A DNA stretch of 55,921 nt, from the NCBI RefSeq assembly GCF_000143415.4, contig NW_003314266.1, positions 3,754,887 through 3,810,807 on the forward strand, written 5' to 3'. The DNA is from Selaginella moellendorffii (Eukaryota > Plantae > Lycopodiophyta). The notes below the pieces were generated by a model. The model worked only from the letters and a program-made list of their open reading frames with translations. It was not told the origin of the DNA and ran no database searches. Of this stretch, positions 40,001 to 50,400 are shown in pieces; position 1 is the stretch's first letter; each line of letters starts with the position of its first letter. Made by a program: the position numbers and the translations under genes.

Positions 40001-41803
40001 GGTCACATGAGGGCTCACGCCATTTTGATTATAGATCATTGTGAATATTCAGACACGAGGACTGAAAAGCGCACTGGTGGCGCGTCGAAGAAGGACAAAC
40101 AGACAAGCAATAGGAAAAAAGGAGGTACAAATTATATTTGCAATGGCGTGTGGTCTCATGCCATTCCTTGCAGGAGACACTTCTTCAAAGGCAAAACAGG
40201 CAAGCACCAGCCAAGCTCAAACTGACAGTGGTCATAAAAAGCGAAAGCACGTTAGACAGTCGTCGGGATTAGAGGCGTTTGATTCGAAAAGGAAGAAGGG
40301 CAACGAAAAGATGATAGGTAATGCCTCGCGGTTATGGCGTGTGTGCTCATGCCATTCATTGCAGATCAAGGGCTGAGTGAAAGGAGCCAGTCACCACCTC
40401 CTGACTCAGATTCCTATGGCGGACTCCCCTTCCCCAATCTCAATGGAGAGGTACAATGGATGAGGGATGCTTTTCAAGTCAGGGCCACGTTTTTCTCATC
40501 TCGTCGTCTTCGAAGGGTGCAAGAACGTGCAGAAACCATGTTAAGACAGTCGGGTGAGGATACGGTCCTAGGTCAAGCACCGAAATAGGCTATGGATGTC
40601 TTGTATTTTGAGATGGAGACTCGGCCAGATGATTTTCCCAAGATGGTCCTGGAAAAACAAGCCATCCAGCTTGAGCAGCCTATGGAAGAAATGCAGGAGG
40701 GGGATGAGGAGCCAGAGAAAGATAATGAGCAGGAAGAGCAGAAGGACGAAGAGGAGGACAAAAAAGAGGAGGACGAAGAAGAGGAGGACGAAGAAGAGGA
40801 GGACAAAGAGGACTTGGATGGTCCTCACAATGGTGACGATCACAATAACGACGATGACGATGATGACGACGATGGCCAGCCTGAGGTGGCCAAAGAGCAG
40901 CGGAGGAAGGTCATACAAGACAAACCATCAGGTAAATAATAGTACATCCATTCCTAACCTTTTACCATTTCTAACATTGTCCATGTAGGTCGCAGAAGAA
41001 ATGGTAAGTAGAGATTATTCAGTTGAATTAAGATACAAACTCTAGCCTTTAGTGTCGAGGAAGGATAGTGCCAAGCAAGGGTCGAAACGTATGTCCAATC
41101 CTTCAGAATCAGCAGTGCGCCCAATAGCAGTTGATGGTAAATACAGTATAGTCGATTCAATGTGCTAATGAGTTTGTTTTTAGTAGCCAGTAGGGAGGAT
41201 ACCATCTCAATCGAAGGGAGATATTTGGACATGCATATGGATCCGCCAGTGGACTCTACTTGCCTGCAAGAGTCATCAGAGCTGGTGGAGGCTACTATCC
41301 ATATCAACGCCAAGCAAGCTGACCACGCTCCACTTGATGCTGCCCATACCACTGAGTCAATCTTGTCCACGTATCCAACTGACGGTGACCAGGCGCCATT
41401 GGACCCGCATGAGGCCGCCCTAGCCGCCGAGCCGGTCGTATCCTCATTTCCAACGGACTCAACGTGTGCCCAATCGTCTGACTACGCGCCGTTGGAACCT
41501 CCCTACACCGCCCCTGCTGCCTGTTCGGTCATGTCCACTTTGCCAACGGAGGCACCAGCTGAAATGGCGTGTGATCACACGCCATCGGAACCACCCCATG
41601 CCATTGTTGAGCCAGTTGTACCAGAGTCTACAACTGAAATGGCATGTGCCCACACGCCATCGGATGCGATTGACCCCATATTGCAGAGGAGAGTATTTCC
41701 GCCCTTCACGTTTCCTCGACCAAAACCCTCTGAACGACCATCGGGAGCACCATTCGCTAATATTGTAGATGGTAAAATTGACTTGTACCATTTTTTATGC
41801 TGA
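37067..41803 (+). CDS. Multi-exon cargo gene: ParB-like domain, MTase-like region, basic and acidic tracts; two premature stops
   Basis: ATG at 37067. GT-AG introns 37091-37329, 38509-38562, 39872-39921, 39997-40052, 40125-40173 and 40318-40364 keep the frame open. Motifs IDVSRIDI...HRLVSDEWVEKLKQKM...FYAVSGQHSSLAM and EK...KCVVEYNCGGLFFRAALLKGVPCVAV. In-frame stops at 38914 and 40586. Confidence 0.7.
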
Positions 41804-42681
41804 CGCATTTCATTTCAAAGTCATGGCGAAAGTACTGTATCGTTTTTTATCTGAACGGTGTCCTTTTCTCCCATGAGCGTGGCTCGTCCTCGAATGTCAC
41901 TGCACCCTCCAAAGTCTGCGGTCGCAAGTTGGTCAAAAGAGACAGATTCACATTAATCACACGGGAGAAACTGCGGGATCTAATAATGACCATGCGACAC
42001 TTAAAACAAAGGGCCGGGTTGAATTTGCAATTGGGAGTTTGGACATCCATGATGCGCCACAATGCATTAACGTTGCTACAAATGATGCACGATCAGACGC
42101 GAGTAATATTACCATTTGACTTTCTCCTAATGCAGGAGGATTGCTTGACTATGGTCCATGTGAGGGGTAGCAAGCCCATCTTCGTCAAGCCAGAGGCTGT
42201 AGTGATGAACCGAACTGCTAGGTCAAGTGAAATCCTCATCATCGATGACTCGCCGATTAAAACTGCAGCGAACACGCACACATATGCAGTGCACCCCATC
42301 TCTTGCAGTATGGAAACTAGGGAGAAGAAACCGTATGTTCTGGGGGACCTTGCAAAACGGCTTGAAGCGATGGTGATAGAGAACCGGCCAGTCCAGGAGG
42401 TGGCTGCAGAAATCAACCAAATGGCAGATGGAACGGTATATCAGAAGCCATTTGATCGGACAGACACCAGTCATCATTTATGGCATGTATATTGTCTAGC
42501 CAAGCACTATCCGCATCTCCATAATCTGCTCAACCGGATGGGTTCTTCGACCACTAAACATGAGCGTGGGCGTATTAGAGAAGAGATGGCATTACTATTG
42601 GGTTTAAATCCTGATAGTGTGGAGAGTGATGAAATTCCAAGATTATTGTATAGGCGTTGGAGGCAAAAAATAACAGTCTGA
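41797..42681 (+). CDS. FCP1/NIF-type HAD phosphatase-like domain (probable last exon of the cargo gene, or a separate gene)
   Basis: IVF(Y)LNGVL at the DLNG motif position, GVWTSMMRHN, QEDC, IFVK, ILIIDDSPIKTAAN...AVHP. Confidence 0.7.
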   Translation: MLTHFISKSWRKYCIVFYLNGVLFSHERGSSSNVTAPSKVCGRKLVKRDRFTLITREKLRDLIMTMRHLKQRAGLNLQLGVWTSMMRHNALTLLQMMHDQTRVILPFDFLLMQEDCLTMVHVRGSKPIFVKPEAVVMNRTARSSEILIIDDSPIKTAANTHTYAVHPISCSMETREKKPYVLGDLAKRLEAMVIENRPVQEVAAEINQMADGTVYQKPFDRTDTSHHLWHVYCLAKHYPHLHNLLNRMGSSTTKHERGRIREEMALLLGLNPDSVESDEIPRLLYRRWRQKITV

Positions 42682-45536
42682 GATGGCATGTATTTATTTA
42701 AAAATGTAACTTATTATGGCATGGGGTTCCATGCCATTGTATTAATATTAAAAGACAATTCTTTGAGAGGATTTGCATTATACTAGAAGTGTTACAGCAT
42801 GTTATTGGAAGTCTACGAAGTTTTTTTATTAATAAAGGGAAAGTAAAGATTGAATGGGGACTTGGGCTCCACCTAGACTCGGAGCAACTGAGCCAATATT
42901 AAAAGGATGGAAAGAAATTGGACGACGATGACAAGGAGAAGAGAGAGGTGAAGCAGTGGCAGGGGGAGGAGAAGTGATTGAGTAGACATTTCCTTGTTTA
43001 AAATAAAATAGCATGTGCCTCAATGTAGTTGAATTTTGTTATATTTATATACTATATAAAGGTTTGGAAACCTTATTTTACAAGTGGGATAATGACAATT
43101 CCCACTTTAACGAAATAGAGCTTTCTAGAGGACTGCTCCTTTTCATTTCCACAGTCTGGAACTTTGGGACGATATTTCGAAACACTGTGGCCCTATGCGA
43201 GCTTCATGGGTACTCTCCCCACCTTCCATCTTTAGATGCCCTAGCCATGTGGCTAAAGCAACATTCTAATAAGCCATGCTAGGTATCCAAGTAGGTAGTG
43301 CCACCCACACTTGGATTGGGAGTATCGACTATTCAATCTCCCAAGGGAGGTAAAGTCGACTCTTGAACACTTCACTAAGCTACCCCACTTGTCTATTCAT
43401 ATTCAGTTAAAGCCTTGGACTCCTTAGTGGTTTTATCATCACCCACCACGTGGGTATAGCCTTCTTTGGTCACACTGGCCTTTCCTGGCCAAACTAGCTC
43501 CATTGGAGTCTTTCCCCTACTATACTTTTGGAGCTCACCAAACCTCTCAAGGTCTAGGAGACAAACACTTTGGGCTTTCACCCTTAGACTTGGACTCGGA
43601 CTTGGACTTGGACTTGGACTCGGACTTGGACTTGGACTCGGACTTGGACTTGGGCTCGAACTCGGACTCACTTACTGCTTGTTTTATGCTCATTCCTAGA
43701 GCATTTCATTAGGAGTTCCACTCCCGCTTTTGACTCTTAAAGTTGGAGCTTTTAGTTCAAACATGTTATGCTTGTTTGGCTTTTGCTTTAGCCACTACCA
43801 CATAGCACCTTTTTAGCTCCACTTTGGGGCTTAGGGATTTGTGTCTCACAACTCTACCTCTCATAGATGAAGTTTGATATCCTCATCAAACAATAAACAT
43901 TTTTTTATAAAGTAACCCCATCATAAATTACCACTTCTCATCCTTGGCATCTAGCCAACATCCATTAATGGTTTGACATTGAAAGCTCACCTAGCCTTGT
44001 CCATCCTTTAAGAAGCATAATCTTTCCAACATAAAAATTCATTCGACCACTTGTGGTGGTTCTCTCCTTTTATTGGCTTAGTTCTTACTAAACCCGTTAG
44101 AAGAACCTTCTCTATCTCAATCTCATTATTCATTCTTGAGTAGTCTCAACTTCTATTAATATAACCATTGCACTTTGGAACTTTTAACTTTGACTTCTCA
44201 AAGTCAATTTGCTAGGTGTTTTTGACACCTTACATTGCACATTTTGTGCAAGTTCCACTCCCCCATTCTAGAAAGTTTCATATTTAAAAACACCATCATC
44301 CTCTCTTTTATTTTGTGCCACTCTAAACACTAAGTTCCATTTACCTATAATTTGTGTTAAGGCTGTCCACGACCCTATCATTTAGTTACCTTGCCACTCC
44401 TTCCCTTAGAGCTTTCTCTTTTGCCAAATTGGAACATTTGGGAATCCATCTTTAGAAACATATTTCTTTTTCCACAATCTATTAGCATTCAATATATAAG
44501 TGTTTCTTGCTCAACTTTGTTATTTGGATCTCTTCCAATGAATCCTATGAGCCTCCAGTCTTTTGCTCTTATCCTTTGATTGTTGCACTATACAACATAA
44601 AATCACTACCTCCATCCCTGAAGTATCCTTTTGGTTATATAGCAAAGGCTCTACTTTGCTAAATTTAGAAGGTGTTCATCTCTAATAAATCTCCCTAATG
44701 TTTTCTACTCTAGGCTCTCTTCATGGCCCAACCTTGCAGCCCACCCATGGGTCCTTCCTTGAAAACTATTTTTTGAAACTCACAATACCATTGTATTGTT
44801 GTAGTTCATTTCCTTTATGTGTCCTTCCCACTTGGTCACCTTGACTAAGCCACATCATTATCAATAGTTCAAATCAACATTAATATGGACAATTCCATAC
44901 TTTAAACTCTCCATAGTATCACAATTGCTAATAATAACACGTTCAAGTTTTTCACTCCTAACTTGCATAACCACCCTTGGTTATGCCTTTCGATTCCTAT
45001 GATTCAATTTTATCCTTTTACTACTTGTTTTTTAGCCTTATACCTTCCCTTTAGTTATTCTTCTCCTATATAAGATGGTAGTTTTGCACTTTCTACCATG
45101 CCTTAGCAAGTATTTTTAGGAACGAACTTACTCCATAATTTAGAGAGTGGTTCTTCAATCTTGATATATTCATTGTGTAATCCTACACACTGGGATTATT
45201 GTTGCTACGCATGGGCCTCTTTATGCCCATTGCTAACTATGCCAAAATCCCTTTTTGGTTTTGTCCAATTTGGATAAACGGACTTCTCCTGTCTCCGCAA
45301 CCTTGGATATTGGATAGCACCTTCTATCTATTATTCACTAGGGACTTAATCCCTTGGGCCTTATCTAATGCCCTCATGATTTCAAACACCACTCTTTGGT
45401 GTTTTAAAATGTTTTGATGTCCCAATGATAACCTTTGACAATAAGCATTTCCTTTTTCGATATTGACTTACTATATCTTAACATAAATAATTTATCCCTT
45501 AGAAGGGTATATCTAACCTCCCTACCCTAATAAAAA

Positions 45537-45936
45537 TGTAAGCTCCTGAATTTGGACTTCCCGGGAGGTCACCCAGCCTAGTACCATTCAAACCCAAGGA
45601 CACTTAACCCCAAGTATCCCAAGACCCTTAACCAATTGGAAAAGGGGGTGCACTCTTATTCATGGGCCCTTTTCCTCTATATTTGAACCCCATGGATCGT
45701 CTCTCAAGTCATTCCTTTTGGTTGCTTACAATCCACCACACTTCCCTGGAAGTTCATGCCTTCGTGAATGGAAGCTAAGAGCCATAGCTCTCTTAAGAGC
45801 CCTACTCTCTTGACACCCTACCCCTCGGGTCGAGCCCAGCGGGAGCAAACTGGACCAGCCAGATGTCAATCAACATGTGGTGTGATTCCCTTAGCCAACC
45901 AACAGAGTTGGACCTGAGACTGCTCCGATACCAAAT
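45537..45936 (-). mobile_element. Cassandra-like TRIM: 194-bp 3' LTR (45537-45730), PPT, ~200-bp internal region, PBS
   Basis: LTR termini TGTAAGC...GCTTACA. Minus-strand PPT-like GGAAGTGTGGTGGAT. PBS TGGTATCGGAGC (minus strand, ~45922-45933). Confidence 0.85.
45554..45608 (-). ncRNA. 5S rRNA-derived segment (A-box, IE, C-box) inside the TRIM LTR
   Basis: Minus strand GTTAAGTGTCCTTGGGTTTGAATGGTACTAGGCTGGGTGACCTCCCGGGAAGTCC versus plant 5S GTTAAGCGTGCTTGGGCGAGAGTAGTACTAGGATGGGTGACCTCCTGGGAAGTCC (recalled, not searched). Confidence 0.85.
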
Positions 45937-47035
45937 TGTAAGCCACAAATTTTTCCTTTCCAATTTGCCAGCTTACCTCGTCTATCCGACCAACATTACC
46001 TTGACTTTTGTTAAGTTCCCTCGCCAAGGTTCCCACCTATGGTACCAGCTCCTACTTGGTCCTACTTGGTTTCAGCTACTCACTACACGAGCAACAGAGT
46101 GTTAGCCATCCATCCACGGATTCCCAAATCTCTCCCAATCCCCCTCCCTGGGTTAGACTGGACTTAAGGTTCGGCTACACTCCCCACAAGCACAAGTAGC
46201 CAAGCATACCAAGCTTCCAGGTTCCTAACATCCCTTGGTACCACAAGACTTGATCATGGGACCCTCTAAATCCCAGGTCTTGGGTGCACACTTGCTTCGG
46301 GATGCTGGGGTGAAACACCGTGGCCTAACGGCCCGGTATGGGTACCTCTACCCCCCCACTTCCATCCCGAGGGTAAGGTTCAAGCCCCTAGGAAGGGTGA
46401 GGACCAATAAGCCGCATGGTACTCAAGTGGGGCACCACTCCACATGAGCCGGGAGCACCGCAGTCGGTTTCCTTTTCGGGAGTGGGAGCTACTCTTGAGC
46501 ACTTCCTTGGATGGCCCCTCCGGCACCAACCAAGTCCATGCTCACTCCCACCCAAGGCCCCTCAGTCCCAATCCCAACCTCAAGTCAGTTTGGAAGCCCC
46601 ACTGGAGAGTTCCTTCAAAACTGGTTTTTGGACCTCACTATCCCTACTATACTTTTGGAACCCCCTCCAGCCCCCCCCCCCCCCCCCCCCGGGGAGACGC
46701 ACGCTTTGGGCTTTCACCCCTTGACTCGTATTAGTACTCAGACTCAGTCTTTGGCTCGATCTTGGACTCGATCTCGGATCCGACTTTGGATTCGGTCTCG
46801 GACTCGATCTCGGACCTGATCTCGGACCCGACCTTGGACTCGACTTCGGACTCGGTCTCGGACCCGATTTCGGATCTCGGACTCCGTTTCGAACTCGGTC
46901 TCGAACTTGGTCTCGAACTCGGACTCGATTCCGGACTCTACCTCGAACTCAGTCTCAGAGTCGGTCTTGGACTCGATCTCAGACTCGGTCCCATCCGTTT
47001 TGGTCATGCTTTCGGGGATCCTTTAGCCTACGACA
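45937..47035 (-). mobile_element. Divergent family-B-related LTR, probable native 3' LTR of the chromovirus
   Basis: TGTAAGCCACAAATTTTTCC end, ACTATACTTTTGG and CTTTGGGCTTTCACCC blocks, and a GACTCG hexamer array as in family B. The 47035 boundary is approximate. Confidence 0.65.
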
Positions 47036-47464
47036 CCTCAGGGAGTTGGTTCCTTATAACTCCACCACCCATAGAAGAAGTTCAATGCCCACATCAAACG
47101 TCTCTTTTTTATCCTACGACTTGTTGACCATGTCTCCGGGGGCATCCCCCCACTTAGCGGTGTGCCTAAGTTAGCCTCCCCGGCCAAGAGCCCATGACAA
47201 CGGAATATAGGTGTCTCTATACTCCTCACCTCACCATGCCCTAGTATGGGGTCGGGACTTGAACCCAGCCTTGCTTTACTAGGGGGTTGGGACTCGAACC
47301 CAACCTTCATAGAATACATCTACGGATTCGACATCCTCGTAGGGAGTCGGGCGTAGTTCCCTATGCCTGGTCAACTTATCTAACACATGCTAATTAGCTT
47401 ACCTTTGGCGTGCCTTCAGGTCCTAACATATGCCATTGCTCAACTTCTCAAATTGATACTTTTA

Positions 47465-50400
47465 ATTGAACTTTGCATAAGTACATAGAGTTCTGCCTTG
47501 CAGAAATTCCTCCACTAGATCTCGCGCATTCGTTAGGTTCTCTTCCAGTTCCCATGTTGCTTCGCAATGTAGAAATCCTTTCCACTTCACATGGAACTCT
47601 CTCACCTCACGTCCTTGTTGCTTGCTCTTGCGCGCATTGAGGATAGCCTCGACTTCGTATTCCTATTCCCTTTGGATAACCTCAGGTAAAGGTCTTACTT
47701 GGTCCTTGCGAAGCGAATCCTCAAAATACGGCTTGAGTAAGTTCACGTGGAACACGGGTTTATCTTCCCCATCTCTCGAGGAAGTTGGAGACAGTAAGCC
47801 ACTTTACCGATTCGAGCCTCAATCTCGTAAGGCCCCACGAACCTGCTTAAGGAACTCAAGATCAATTCATTTACAAGAATACATGCATTTTTACCTTTGG
47901 GTCAACTTCCGGCTGATCCCACTTGGTAGCCTGAGGTTCTTGGTGTTCAGCCACACCTTCTCCCCAGCTTAGAACTCTACATCCCGGCGCTTCTGGTTTG
48001 CGTATTTAGTTTGCCTTTGTTGAGCCCGTTCCAAGGAATCCCTCACTAGATTCCAAATATTGAGTCTTTCCGCCGTGAATGCCTCCACTGCGGGTAACTC
48101 TTCATGATACTCGGCCATGCCAAGTTCCACAAGACCTTCAATAGCTCGCCCATTGATGACTTCCCATGGACTCACCTTGATGCTCAAATGTGGTGAGTTG
48201 TTATAACACATTTCTGCAAGTCCCAAATGACTTACCCAATAGGTCTGGTCTCCCGAGACATAGCATCACAAATAATCCTCCAGCTGCCTATTCACCCTTT
48301 TCGTTTGTTCATCTGTCAAGAAGTGTTAATGCCATCAATCTTGACTTAATACCCATTACCTGTCTGCGGGTGATAAATTATGTTGAATTTCAACTTGGTG
48401 CGATACTGTTCTAGGAATGTCCTCCAGAACCTACTGGTGAAGATTTTATCTCGATCTGAGATAATCTCTTCCGGCCTTCCCCGTACTCGAACCACTTGTT
48501 CGAAGAACAACTTTGCCACACCTTTCGCATCCACTTCCGTTGTGGTGGGTATGAAATGTGCCATCTTCGAAAATTGATCCACCACCACAAATATCGCATC
48601 GAACCCCTCGCTTGGGAGAAGTCCCGTGATGAAGTACATCGTAAGACATTTCCACGGACGATCTGGAATTGGGATGCTTTGTAACAAGCCCCCACTAGCC
48701 TTAATCACGGCTTTGACCTGCTGACATGTTGGACATGTCTTAAAATAGTCTTGGACATCCTTAGCCATATCTGGCTAGTGGTACTTCCTCTTGAGTAAGC
48801 CCATTGTCTTGGGCACTCCGCCGTGTCCTGCAAGAGGTCCGTCATGACACTCTTCTAAGGCTACCTTCCTTAGTTCCCCTTCTGGAACATACACCCTCGT
48901 TTGCTTGTAATATATGAGTCCGTTGCGTTCCGTATAGCCCGTTTTCTCTTCTGTTGGCAGCTCACATCTCTGGTGAGCTTCCCATGCCTCTAGATTCCTC
49001 AGCAACACTTCTTGTGCTAGACCATCGTTCTCGTATGCGGTCCGCACATCATCCCAAAAGGTTGCTATCACGCTAGATATCACCAATTTCAAGCTCACTT
49101 TTCGACTTAGCACATCTGCCACGATGTTGCTCTTCCCAGGCTTGTACAGAATCTCACAATCAAACTCGGCCAAAGCATTGGCCCACCGACCTTGTTTTCC
49201 CCTCAGGTTGGGTTGTGACAAGAAGTGTTTCATTGCCACATTGTCCATGTAAACCTTGAAGTGTCTCCCAAAGTAGTGTCGCCACTCCTTGAGCGCCTTG
49301 ACCACCGCAAACAATTCCTTCTCATGGGCAGACCACTTCCGTTGAGCCTTGTCCAACTTCTTCGAGAAGAACGCTACTGGATGGTTGTCTTGCTTCAAAA
49401 CTGTGCCCAACGCAAAGTCTGAAGCATCCGTTTCTACCTCAAAGTCCTTACCAAAGTCTGGTAACGCCAACACGGGAGCCTTCCTCAACTTCCCCTTGAG
49501 GTGGATGAATGCCGCCTCGCATTCCGCTGTCCATACCATCTTCCCTTTTCCCGTTTGGTCTGTTAAGGGTAGGGCTACTCTCAAATTATAGTGTTTGATA
49601 AACTTTCAATAGTAGTTGCATAGCCCCAGGAATGCCCTTAACTCGTGTACATTTGATGGTCGCTCCCAATCCTGGATCGCTTGGACCTTCTCAGAGTCCA
49701 ATTTGAGCCCGTCCTTGCCCACCACATGCCCGAGAAACTTGACCTCTTGCTGAGCAAAGTCACATTTGCTCTCTTTAGCATACAGCTGGTATTCCCTTAG
49801 TTTCTCAAACACCTTCATCAAGTGTTTAGCATGCTCCTCTAGTGTTTTGCTATAGATCAGAATGTCGTCAATATAGACGACCACAAAGTGATCCAGATAG
49901 GGTACAAAGATATGGTTCATCAACGCCGAAAACGTTGCCGGCACATTGCATAGCCCGAAGGGCATCACCAGAAACTCGAAGCTCCCATACCTCATTCGAC
50001 AGGTTGTCTTCTCGACATCTTCCTCTGCTACCCTGATCTAGTAGTATCTTGACCTTAGGTCAATCCTCAAAAAGTATTTTTCCTTTCCCAACCTATCGAA
50101 CAGGTCCTCAATCCTTGGCAAAGGGTACTTGTTCTTCTTTGTATATTTGTTGAGCAATCGGTAGTCTATGCACATGCGTATAGATCCATCTTTTTTTTTC
50201 ACAAATAGCACCGGTGCCCCATATGGCGACTTGCTCAACCTAACATACCCTTTGTCCACCAACTCCTCTAATTGGCACTTGAGCTCCGCAAGTTCTTTTA
50301 TGTTCAAACGATAGGGGGGATGAACCACCACCTCAGCACCCTCGACTAGCTCAATCTTATGTTCTATCAGTCATGCGGGGGGCAATCCTGCTAGTAGCTC

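Larger units (their letters stand above)
29904..43123. mobile_element. Giant (13,220 bp) Sola-like DNA transposon with cargo genes
   Basis: Perfect 24-bp TIR AAGCTCTATTTCGTTAAAGTGGGA (29904-29927, reverse complement 43100-43123). 4-bp TSD TCTA (29900-29903 and 43124-43127). DDD-type transposase. Sola elements are known to make 4-bp TSDs. Confidence 0.9.
29484..43850 (-). mobile_element. Family-B LTR split by the Sola-like insertion (parts 29484-29903 and 43124-43850)
   Basis: GGTCACTAC-TCTA and TCTA-GAGGACTGCTCC rejoin to match uninterrupted 25671-25696. Ends ...GTGTCTCACA at 43850. Confidence 0.9.

Noticed and set aside
30130-42737. CRISPR-like array interpretation of the 22-bp palindromes
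   Set aside because: Spacing is irregular (tens to thousands of bp), copies lie in introns and exons, the context is eukaryotic and no cas-like ORF is present.
43860-45530. Decayed retroelement interior (also 15840-17800 and 20400-21350)
   Set aside because: Probably old gag/pol remnants, but too degraded to assign domains by eye.
45554-45608. Genuine 5S rRNA gene
   Set aside because: Only ~55 nt of the internal promoter region, embedded in a TG...CA LTR; both 5S ends are missing.
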